Program-made: the position numbers and the translations under genes
Part shown: positions 54,624 through 64,000 of the stretch, piece by piece
Position numbering within the stretch: the first letter of the stretch is position 1
Layout of the letters: each line of letters opens with the position of its first letter
The notes under the pieces: generated by a model
Database searches by the model: none
What the model was told of the DNA's origin: nothing
Seen by the model: the letters and a program-made list of their open reading frames with translations, nothing else
Assembly (NCBI GenBank): GCA_023205875.1
Contig: CP060760.1
Span: forward strand, 372,001 to 436,000
Direction: 5' to 3'
Length of the DNA stretch: 64,000 nt
Origin: Chloropicon primus
Taxonomy: Eukaryota

Positions 54624-55850
54624 TCAGTCCCTGAGATAATCCTCAGGCCTCGGCGCGTCCTTGTCCTCCCCGACCCCGGTCTTCTTGCCGAGGGGCTTGG
54701 TGGCACAGAACATTATGAATCGATTGTCACGCTCCACCTGAAAGTTCTCCAGGCCGCACAACTCGCAGAGGGCTCGGAGCTCCTCCTCGGACCAGAAGCG
54801 GTACTGCCTTCCCGTTAGCCCTGGCATGAGACCGCCTGAAAATTCCTTCTCCAGCTCGAACAGTGGCTTCACCAAGCTATCGTCCCCTAATCTCTGTCCC
54901 AGAGGGGAGGCCGCGAGTAAGAAGGTGGAGCCTATGAGCCTCCCCCCAGGCTTGAGGACCCTGCATATTTCCGCGATCCCCATCGAAGGAGTAGGCCAGC
55001 AGTGGATCGCCGCGCCAGCGTGGACCAATTCGAAGGACTTTGACTGGAAAGGCAGTCGACCTACGTCTGCTCTCACCAGCGTGAGACTGGTTTCCATTGA
55101 AAATTTTGTGTCTTCCCTCTCGTTGAGGAACTCGAAGGCCTGGTCGAGCATGTTCTGCGAGTAATCCGAAGCGACCACGCTTTGGAACATCCCACTCCTG
55201 AGGAACTTTCTGCTGAACAGGCCTGTTCCGCAGCTCACGTCCAGAACGGACTCGGACGAGGAGCGAGGAGCGACCCGAGTGTCTTCATACAGCCTCTGCA
55301 TGATCCTGAACTCCTCATCTTTGCCTGGGAAGCCAGCCCACTCAAAACCTTGCCTCCAGCCACGCTCGTAGACGTAAGAGATCGCCGGCGATTGAAACAG
55401 CTGCGAAACGCTCCAGTTCCTCTCCCTATAGGACCCAGCCCTCGACTTCCCGCTCCCCTCGCCCCCCTGCCGCTGCACAAGCTCTCCCAGTGCCTCCAGA
55501 ACCGATGAACCCACCTCAGGTGGCGCTATGGATTGACTCGGCAGCACGCAGAGGTCAAAGCATGTGGGCGAGTTGGAGAACTCCTTGCTGCACGATGAGC
55601 ACGTCATTCTCTCCGGAGGCTTCTCTACCCCCACACCTTTGCCTGCGTCGTACAGCGGCTGCTGACAGACAGGACACGTCAACTTCAATCCAACGCCATC
55701 TTCCGCATCCACACCTAACCCACCTCCTCGCGATGCTTTCGCCAACAGGGAAGAAGGATGCCGCCGACGGTGTCCACCCCTGCATATGATGATGCCGCGA
55801 TCGGCCCTTCCCAGTCCCAATGGACCTCTCCCTCCCGTCGCCGTCGCCAT
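54624..55850 (-). CDS. Plastid-targeted type-11 SAM methyltransferase with CxxC/CxxC zinc-ribbon-like N-domain
   Basis: CPVC..CSSC, FQSPAISYVYERGWRQGF.WAGFPG, LDVSCGTGLFSR, RADVGRLPF, HAGAAIHCWP. Confidence 0.9.
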   Translation of the reverse strand: MATATGGRGPLGLGRADRGIIICRGGHRRRHPSSLLAKASRGGGLGVDAEDGVGLKLTCPVCQQPLYDAGKGVGVEKPPERMTCSSCSKEFSNSPTCFDLCVLPSQSIAPPEVGSSVLEALGELVQRQGGEGSGKSRAGSYRERNWSVSQLFQSPAISYVYERGWRQGFEWAGFPGKDEEFRIMQRLYEDTRVAPRSSSESVLDVSCGTGLFSRKFLRSGMFQSVVASDYSQNMLDQAFEFLNEREDTKFSMETSLTLVRADVGRLPFQSKSFELVHAGAAIHCWPTPSMGIAEICRVLKPGGRLIGSTFLLAASPLGQRLGDDSLVKPLFELEKEFSGGLMPGLTGRQYRFWSEEELRALCELCGLENFQVERDNRFIMFCATKPLGKKTGVGEDKDAPRPEDYLRD

Positions 55851-56003
55851 CACTCGCCAGCACTCTCCTCCTCCTCCTCCTCTCCCAGCCACAAACGCGT
55901 TATCCAGTTATCGAGCCTGTGTCGGAGTCTGGCGCCTCGTCGCGACGAGGGAGCACGAGGGAAGGGGAGCAAGAGGGAGGGGAAGAAAGTTTGAGGATGT
56001 TCG

Positions 56004-56064
56004 TGTCGTTCTCTTTCAAATGAGCCTTCGCTCGAGAAGGATGACGCTCTGACGAGGATGCTGA
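56004..56064 (+). promoter_or_regulatory. Recurrent upstream element, copy D
   Basis: TGTCGTTCTCTTTCAAATGAGCCTTCGCTCGAGAAGGATGACGCTCTGACGAGGATGCTGA; same box spacing as copy A. Confidence 0.5.
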
Positions 56065-56714
56065 GAGACTTTGTTGTCCGTCCAATGAGGCAGGGGCGAG
56101 CGTTGTTTGGGAGGGTGAGGACCGCGTCATCGATCACTCGGTGGAGGAGGGGGGCAGTGAGGGGGGTCTGCAGATGCTCCGCTCCCAATTTCAATCCCCA
56201 GAACGTCCCGGATCCCGACGTTCGACCACGGAAAGACCTCAGTTGTGAAGATGTGGTGAAGCGTCAACTCCTTGCCTTGCAGAGTCCCAACGAGCCGTGG
56301 ACAAACCACGGGATTCAGGTGATGTACGAGTTCTGTGAGGGCGCAGGCTCCATGGAGAGGTCGAGGTACTTTGGTTTCTCCAAAGACTTGTACCACTTTG
56401 ACCATTTCCTCGGAGGTTTTCAGAACGAGTTTCCAGAGCTCTTGGGCAACACTGGGTTCGAGATCACCGCACTCGGCGAAAGCGACCAGGTAATGTTTTG
56501 TTGAGCACGATTCTCCCGAGCACGTGAGCTGACTCGCCTTCCCCTTCTGGCTGCTTAATTGGACCGGGTGCAGGGGGAGCAGGCCGTAGACGTCGTGGTC
56601 CGAGGGTCGAAAGCGAACACCGAGTTTGAGAAGAAGTTCACCTTCTGCTTGACGGAGAGAGAATTCGGAACGAAGAAGGGGTGCTTGATGACGTCAAGGA
56701 TCGTCAAGCACTGA
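56058..56714 (+). CDS. Conserved uncharacterised, probably plastid-targeted protein; exons 56058(or 56085)-56489, 56574-56714
   Basis: Arg-rich transit-like N-terminus; P.P...EDVV..QL.ALQ.PN.P..NHGI...YEF and GC.MT ending; phase-0 intron. Confidence 0.75.
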
Positions 56715-56929
56715 GGCAAGGGAAAGCGCCTGGTGGATCCGCCCTCGCCTGGCTTCCACGGGGTGGACCTTGCAAGCTAGGCCAGGCGCCACCGGCGCAC
56801 AAAAAGCATGTTTTGTGTAACCATATAGGATAGTAGCTGTAGAAGGTCTTTGGACTCGTAGTACTACACATAGCAGGACCGTGTGTCCCCGTGCGTGATT
56901 TCATTTTGTTCTTTCGGACAAGGCCTCCT

Positions 56930-57441
56930 TCACTCGTCGAACTTTGCGCGAAGCGTCTCAAGCATCTTCGCAAGGCCGGCCTCGTCGAACTTCTTCATGG
57001 GCAGACCATAGCACTGCAAGCGACAAGACAAAAGAGAGGGGCGGGTTGGTGTTCAGAACCAAGCGCAAGAAGAATACGATGCGGGGGTCAACTTACCGGC
57101 CCGGGCCAGGAGGGATCCTCGGTCGTCCTAGCGGTGACGTGAATGTGAAGCTGTCGGCACATATTCCCTATCGCCGCGATGTTCATCTTGGCCGGGTTGA
57201 AAAGAGATTTCAGGGCATTAGAGGCCTTCATCATCTCCCTCATGAGCTCCTGCTGGTCATTCTCCGACAGGTCTGAGATCTCTTCCGCACCTTTCCTCCT
57301 GGGCACGAGCACAAGCCAGCAAGGATAGTTCGTGTCGTCCATCATGTACACCGTGCTCAGCTTCCACTTGCAAACCACATGCTTGCTATCCGAAAGCTGT
57401 GGCCACACTTCAAACCCTTCCTCAGTCTCTATTGGCGCCAT
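56930..57441 (-). CDS. HIT-family nucleotide hydrolase (QLHIH subtype); exons 57441-57097, 57013-56930
   Basis: WLVLVPRR, EI.DL, KMNIAAIGNMCRQLHIHVTAR...DPSWPGP. Confidence 0.88.
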
Positions 57442-57488
57442 CTTTCAAGTCTTCGTCCCTCTCTTCTTACTTGCCTCTCCTCTGTTGC

Positions 57489-57866
57489 CAGCAGTTTGGA
57501 AGCCAAACACAAGTCAGTTCACCTGGACGAAATCCTCCTCAGACCAACATACTTTCCGAGTGAAGGCTCGTTGGAAAGAGAAAGAGGACATCTTTAGATC
57601 CAGGACCCATCTATTCCTCCCCCTCTCCGCTCTCACCGTCCCCACCATCGCTCACTCACCTGTCTACCTCACCAGTTCCCATGGAAAACAGCAGTTTGGA
57701 AGCCAAACACAAGTCAGTTCACCTGGACGAAATCCTCCTCAGACCAACATACTTTCCAAGTGAAGGCTGATTGGAAAGAGAAAGAGAAGGAGGACGTCTT
57801 CAGATCCAGGACCCATCTATTCCTCCCCCTCTCCGCTCTCACCATCCCCACCATCGCTCACTCACC
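57489..57866. repeat. 200-bp-period tandem duplication of the HIT upstream region, containing element copies E (57528-57587) and F (about 57728-57787) on the minus strand
   Basis: GCAGTTTGGAAGCCAAACACAAGTCAGTTCACCTGGACGAAATCCTCCTCAGACCAACATACTTTCC at 57491 and 57691. Confidence 0.92.
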
Positions 57867-58252
57867 TCTCCCTCGAGTCGATCCCAAGATGCCAAGAATT
57901 TTGTGGTTGTCTGAGTGACAGCCAAGGGGGAAGCGGAGGGAGTCAGCGCTGTCGTGAGGGAGGAGGAAGGCCGAGGGGTGACTCGAGGGTTCGACACGAC
58001 GAAGCTTCATCTCACGGGCTTTCCGCGCGTACCTCACTTGCCGAGGTTTCGTCGCCCGTGCCACCGGAAACGACGACGACCGGGAACCATCCGAACCAAC
58101 CATCTATCCAGCGTGGCGTGAGGAGGAGAAGGGAGCCTTGGCGCCGTGAACTGGCCTCCCCGTTCGTTGCATCCCGCGCCAGGCGTTACGATCGCGCGTA
58201 ACGTCCGCGTCTGGTCTTTTCTTTTACCTTCGGCTCGTCGCTTGTTCCTCAG

Positions 58253-58311
<59 letters not shown>

Positions 58312-58315
<4 letters not shown>

Positions 58316-60123
58316 AGCTGAGGTGTTTCCGTTCTGGAGTGCTGCCAGGGTTGGGCTCGAGGTGTAGCGGCGTGGCCTCGAGGTCCCCGGGACACTTTGG
58401 TCCCGCCGGCGTGACGACTCGAGGCGGCCAGAGGGCTGGTGAGATTGCCAGGAGGTTACTTTGCACGAGGCCGCCGACGAGCTTGGCACAGCAGCACCAG
58501 CAACTGTATTCGGTGCTGGAGGGGGGCTCGGATACGACCAGGAACGTTTTCTTCCCTCCTCCACCGCCACCACCGACGGAGCACCAGCCCGGAACCTGCG
58601 ACACGGAGATCTGGTCGGACTTGAAGGACGACCGGAGAAGAATCTACTGCAACAGGTCGATAAACATGAAGACCATCAAGGCTGTTGGCTTCGACATGGA
58701 CTACACCCTGGCGCAGTACAAGCCGGAGACGTTTGAGGCCCTTGCTTATAGGCTGACGACGGAGAAGCTGGTCAAGGTGTTCGGCTATCCCCAGAAGGTC
58801 ATGGAGCTGGAGTTTGATTGGAAGTACATGATACGAGGCCTTACGATCGATAAGAAGAGAGGAAATGTTCTCAAGTTGGACCGTCACAAGTACGCGAAGA
58901 TCGTTTACCACGGGTTCAAGAAGCTGTCGAGTGAAGAGAGGCAGGTGTACCTTGCCATAGAGAGAACGAACGCGTTTGATGACCCGTACACGTACACCCA
59001 GATCGACACCCTGTTCGCGCTGGCCGAGGCGTATATGTTCATCCAGCTGGTGGAGATGAAGGATGAGGCGACTTCAGGGATTCTGACGGGCAAGACCTAC
59101 GAGGAGATCTACAGCGACATCAGGAACTCGATTGACTTGTGCCACCGTGACGGAAGCTTGAAGAGGGGCGTGGCCGCGGACCCGGGCCACTACATTCACA
59201 CGGACAAGAACATCGTGTCCCTGCTCCAGGACCTCCGCTTCTCGGGCAAGAAACTGTTCATCGTGACCAACAGCTTGTGGGACTACACGAATATCGTGAT
59301 GAACTTTTTGATCAGTGACAAGAAGGGCGCGGACAAGAACTTGGACTGGCTGGACCACTTTGACGTTGTGGTCACGGGGTCAGCAAAGCCAAGGTTCTTC
59401 AACGAGAACCAGCCTCTGTTTCAGGTGGAGACGGCGAGCGGCCACCTCTTGAACACGGACGAGGGTAACCCGATGGCGAATTTGGACTCGGAGGACGACT
59501 TGGATGCGCTGGAGCCCGTGCCCGCGGGCAAGGTGTTCCAGGGGGGGAATTACAAGATCTTGAACAGGATGCTGGACCTGAAGAGCGAGTCGAATTCTGA
59601 GATTCTCTACGTCGGTGACCACATCTACGGAGACATCGTCAAGTCGAAGAAGACGCTGGGCTGGCGCACCATGCTGATCGTCCCCGAGATGGAGCACGAG
59701 ATCGAGGTCCTGAACAAGAACGCCGGGGTTCCCGACGAGCTGTTCAAGATGAGGCGGAAGAGGGACAGGCTCGAGGACCAGCTGCAAAGGATGGATTGGA
59801 AGCTGGCGGAGCACGAGAACAACCTCGCACAGTTCCCCGAAGAGGATATGGTGGACATGCTCCAGGAGATGGAGCTGCTGAGCCAAGAGTATAATCGTCT
59901 GCGGGACGCTCACAGCACGGGCCTTGCCAGCTTCCAGGGAAAGTTCCACTCCATCTGGGGACAGCTGTTGAAGACGGGGTACCAGAACTCGAGGTTTGCG
60001 AACCAGATCGGGCGATTCGCGTGCCTCTACACGAGCCACGTCGGCAACATGGCTTACTATAGCCCGAACAAGTCCTACCGTGGCCTGCAGGACGAGCTGC
60101 CCCACGACGCCATCCTGGAGTAA
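58312..60123 (+). CDS. HAD-IG 5'-nucleotidase (cN-II/NT5C2 family) with organellar-type presequence
   Basis: IYCNRS, GFDMDYTLAQY, LFIVTNS.WDYT, KPRFF, YVGDHIYGDI, GWRT, RFACLYTS. Confidence 0.93.
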
Positions 60124-60202
60124 AGGAACAAAGCTTGTTCCAAAGTTTGTAAACTAAAAGCAATTTCTATGTCGATATAATACAATGGCAGGGTCCGCCG
60201 AT

Positions 60203-60759
60203 TCAGAGCTTGTTGTACTTGGTGGACTTCCCGTAGCACTTGGACACGGGATACTTTTCGATGTTCTTCAACAATTTTTTGCCCGCGGCTTGCCCGAGGT
60301 CGATCCCGCAGACGTCGCTCAGCCTGAGCAGGTAGAACAACACGTCGCTGAGCTCCTCCCCCAGGTGCTTCTTCTCCTCCTCCGAGAACCCGGTGAGCCC
60401 GTTGTCCACCTCGCCCTTCCACTGGAAGATCTCGCTCACCTCGCCGACCTTCAGACAAGACAGGCAGAGAGACAACGTAATGTAACGTGTGTGTGTGTGT
60501 GTGTGTCAGAAGACATGAACTAGAAGCCTTGCTTGATCTACTCGCTTACCTCTCCGACCAGAGCCAAGAGAAGGTTCCTTGGCGTCTGGAACTGCTCCCA
60601 GTCCCGATCCGACGCAAACCTCCTGATGTCACCTCGAAGCCGATCAAGGGTGATCTCCGCATCCCACGCGTGAACGTCCCTTCCACCATCCGCAGCCTCC
60701 ACTGCCTCCATCGCTTCCACCCTTCCCTCCTCCTTCTCCAACGCAGCAGGAGCAGGCAT
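60203..60759 (-). CDS. DCTPP1: dCTP pyrophosphatase 1 (MazG-like); exons 60759-60550, 60448-60203
   Basis: RDWEQFQTPRNLLLALVGEVGEVSEIFQWKGE, ELSDVLFYLLRL, KN..KYP. Confidence 0.93.
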
Positions 60760-60818
60760 CAAATCCTCACCACTGGGTCGTTCCTTTCGAGAGAGACCTC
60801 TTTGGAAAGAGAAAGAGA
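60759..60818 (-). promoter_or_regulatory. Recurrent upstream element, copy G (abuts the first DCTPP1 ATG)
   Basis: Reverse complement: TCTCTTTCTCTTTCCAAAGAGGTCTCTCTCGAAAGGAACGACCCAGTGGTGAGGATTTGA. Confidence 0.6.
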
Positions 60819-61299
60819 CGGTGCTTCGAATGAAATGACGAACTCTGGCTCCCCCCTCCCGTCCTCGTCCCTTGCCTCGCGCTTCTGTCGGTCGATTCGA
60901 TCGATGGTCCGCGTGCTCCTGCTTTCGGCTGTCGAAAATTTTTTCGCGCGCAGAGAGAGGAGAGCAGAGAGAAAGGGAGGGGGCAATGGGTCGACAGGAT
61001 GCGTCTTTCCTTTCATGCAGGAGCGGGGGAGTCCCAGGAGGAGAGGGAGCATTGATCCCAAGGACAGGATGATGATGGAGGTTCGGAAGGAGAGGAGGAG
61101 AGGCCACCCGCGTGCGTGTCTGACTTGATCCGTCTCTTTTCCTTTCCTTCTTCTTGGTCAAGAGTCTTGTCTTGGTGTCTCTATGCTATTCATAATACAG
61201 AAGGATAGACTGCTCCGCGTCGTCTTAACGTATGTTGTTCTAGTGTACAGTGAGACCGCACGCCCGCGTCGTCGTTCAAGCGATATGTGATGGACGGAA

Positions 61300-61803
61300 T
61301 CACTCGTAGTAGAGGCCAAAGACGGTGCAGCAGCAGAACTGGTCCGCCGTCTCGAGGGAAGCGGAAGAAAAGTTATCCGTCTTTGGGTTCCAAAGGCAGT
61401 GGCTGCCTACTCGCACGGCCTGGCCCTTCTTCTCACTGTACGTCACCTGCAAGGAGGAGGAGGAGGAGGAGGAGGAAACGAGCGAATCATGCGGTCAGGA
61501 AAAGGTCGCGAGGACGGTGAGCCGGGGAGCCACTTACCTCGACCACGAGCTTGTATCTCTTGTACCCGAGCTGCTTCACTCTCTCCAAGACGAAGGAACA
61601 AATCTCCTTGCTCGTCGTGGATGCTTTTCTTGGGTCGTACTCTTGGCCATCCAGCCTGTCGTGCAAGACGTCCTCTATCACGGCCTTCACGTCCGCTATC
61701 TTGAACTTTTGCTCCGCACCGTACCTGAAGAAGAACAAGCAAGTCACACACACACAGACAGAGACAGAGTTTGTCAGGACAAAGGAGGAGAACGAGACAG
61801 AGA

Positions 61804-61851
<48 letters not shown>

Positions 61852-62063
61852 CAATGCGGAGGGAGGGAGAAAGGGAGAGAGGGAGGCACCCACGAGGCCA
61901 CGGAGAGACCTCCACTTCCCTCCAGGGGAGCGAGCGAGGCGTGTGCTCGTGTGCTCGTGTTCCTCGATAGGACAAGCGTCACTCACCCTTCAGGACTAGT
62001 GATGTACGTGTTTTCATACTGGACTTCGTCCTCGTGGTCGCCGAACTCGCCTTCGTACGTCAT
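61300..62063 (-). CDS. Tctex1-domain dynein light chain (Tctex2/TCTEX1D2-like); exons 62063-61987, 61724-61538, 61446-61300
   Basis: YENTY..P, RYKLVVEV, GQAVRVGSHCLW...TDN, VFGLYYE*; all junctions in phase. Confidence 0.88.
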
Positions 62064-62631
62064 CCTTCTTCAACCTCAACTCAACTCGCTGCCAAGGGAC
62101 AACCCACCAACAACAAAGTGCAAGAGACCTCCAGGAGTCAGTACCCAATACCTTCGACCAGGGGGTCAAACGAAAGAGAAAGAGACGAACTTTCCGAATG
62201 CCCGACCTCCAGGTGCCAACTTTTTCGAAACCTGAACGCAATCCGTCGCCAAACTCACCTCTCTCTCTCACTCCACTCCCGAACAATGTTTCGTCAATCT
62301 ACAGCTGCTTGGAAGTCAAACGTTCTGTAACCCGTGTATCGAGCGTCACCCAAGTGTACCGTACACCTATCCTTACATTCTTCATATAACATTCCTTCTA
62401 TGCATTGTATCTACACGAGTGTGACGTCGTTCATGGAATGTCATTTTGTTCGTTTGGGTGTACGAGGAGTGGAATGAAAGTTCATTCTTGGCGGCTGTAG
62501 AAACCCTTTGTTAACCCTGGTTGGCGGCGCAAAAAAGAACAAAACACGAAAGAGGAAGAGAGAGAGAGAGAGAGAGCGACTAGTCGACAGAGTGACGGTG
62601 CGGCGACGGTGATCGATCAAGCAACGCAACC

Positions 62632-63521
62632 ATGCCGAAGATAGCATACTACAGGAACTGTAAGTCACGAAGAGAAGGAGAAGGAGGAAGAAGCGGGCGG
62701 CGTCGGCGGTTTCTTTTCATTCGTTCTTTTTTTCCAGGCCTCACGAACTCCCCGACGAAAGGTTCTTGTTTCCGAAAAGAACCTCCCTCTCTCTCTCTCT
62801 CTCGTCCTTCTCTCTGGGATGGGATGGGAGGAGGGCGTGGACGTCGTTGTTGGTCCTGGGACAGAGCTTTGTGTCTCGTCTCGTGTTGCGTTTTGCTGAC
62901 TCTTGTTTCTTTTTTTTCGTCTTCGTTTCTCTGGTTGGGTTTTCTCTCTTGCTCATTCGCGTTCTCATCACAGATGGCAAGACCTTCAAGAAGCCAAGGC
63001 GTCCTTTTGAGAAGGAGCGCTTGGACTCGGAGTTGAAGATTGTCGGAGAGTACGGACTCCGTAACAAGCGTGAGCTCTGGAGGATTCAGATGGTTTTGTC
63101 CAAGTTGAGAAAGACGGCCAGAGAGCTTCTTACTCTTCCCGACGACGATCCAAAGAGGATTTTCGACTCCAACGCCCTCATGAGGCGTATGTACAAGTAC
63201 GGATTCCTGGATGAGACTCAGACCAAGCTTGATTACGTTCTTGCTTTGACTGCCCAGGACGTCCTCGAGAGGCGTTTGCAGACTCTTGTCTTTAAGTTGG
63301 GTTTGGCCAAGAGCATCCACCACGCTCGCGTCTTGATCAAGCAGAGGCACATCAGGGTCGGAAAGCAGATCGTCAACGTCCCTAGCTTCCTCGTCAGGGT
63401 TGACTCTCAGAAGCACATCGACTTCTCCTTGAAGTCGCCATTCGGAGGCGGAAGACCAGGTAGACTGAAGAGAAGAAACCAGAACAACGCCGCCGGAGAC
63501 GAGGAGGAGGAAGAGGATTAA
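62632..63521 (+). CDS. RPS9: 40S ribosomal protein S9 (uS4); exons 62632-62659, 62974-63521
   Basis: [57 protein letters not shown]. Confidence 0.97.
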
Positions 63522-64000
63522 GCTTTATGACTTCTTCTTAATAAATAGAAACTGTATTATTTCGAACTCGAAGAACTCAACGCGCTTGTCTTCCTCGCTT
63601 CTCCACCCACGCCCGCCCCCGGGAAGGGAAGCCCCGCGTCTTGCGCGTCGTCATTCCCCCACCACCTCCGCCTGCACCTTTACCTGCACCTTTCCCGTTG
63701 CATCACGAGGAAGGGCAGGGCGGCACCAATGCATCGGGGTGGTCCGTGCCTAGCCTTGTGTGGTGGGCCAGCGGCTCCCTGGACCTCCTCCCCCTCCCTC
63801 TTGGCCGATACCAAAGTCCAAGGGCATTCATCCCACGGACAAGAACCAACCGCCAAGTCGTCAGCCAGCCACTAGAACTGGCACAAGAGAGCGAGTGTGT
63901 GCGTGTGTGCGCGTGCTTGCGAGAGAACGAGGCACGCGCGCATGAACTTTCATGTCCCTCTCCTCATCAGGCTCTCCCCCTGAGCCTTCATCTCACAAAC

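Noticed and set aside
63522..64000. Short ORFs at the window end
   Set aside because: No coding signal; looks like 3' UTR or intergenic sequence

Overview
Gene-dense, GC-rich nuclear DNA of a compact-genome green alga. Evidence: nuclear RBCS genes with transit peptides, short GT-AG introns, (GA)n/(GT)n microsatellites, and an algal/giant-virus-type ankyrin gene. The style resembles Chloropicon-type picoalgae, but that assignment is inference. About 29 protein genes are supported, most of them housekeeping: NDUFAF7, DPE2, SSADH, PUX1, three kinesins, a KH protein, TruA, CTF8, NUP62, TMEM230, two RBCS, PP5, PTH2, a HIT protein, a cN-II nucleotidase, DCTPP1 and RPS9, plus axonemal DC3 and a Tctex light chain. 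No rRNA, tRNA, CRISPR or autonomous transposon was recognised. Most notable observations: (1) an unannotated fixed-spacing ~60-nt element (TCTTTCvAAnGAG..TCnCTCG..GAGGAT), present at least 7 times, always in sense orientation just 5' of unrelated genes; (2) two secreted paralogues sharing unrecognised N- and C-terminal domains, one carrying a ~1000-aa insert of 27 Cys/Asp 'GCTD' repeats plus three acidic 105-aa repeats, with an ankyrin gene between them; (3) head-to-head, near-identical RBCS genes differing by one intron; (4) a probable catalytically dead kinesin; (5) flagellar genes. Exon coordinates were derived by hand from splice consensus and frame.
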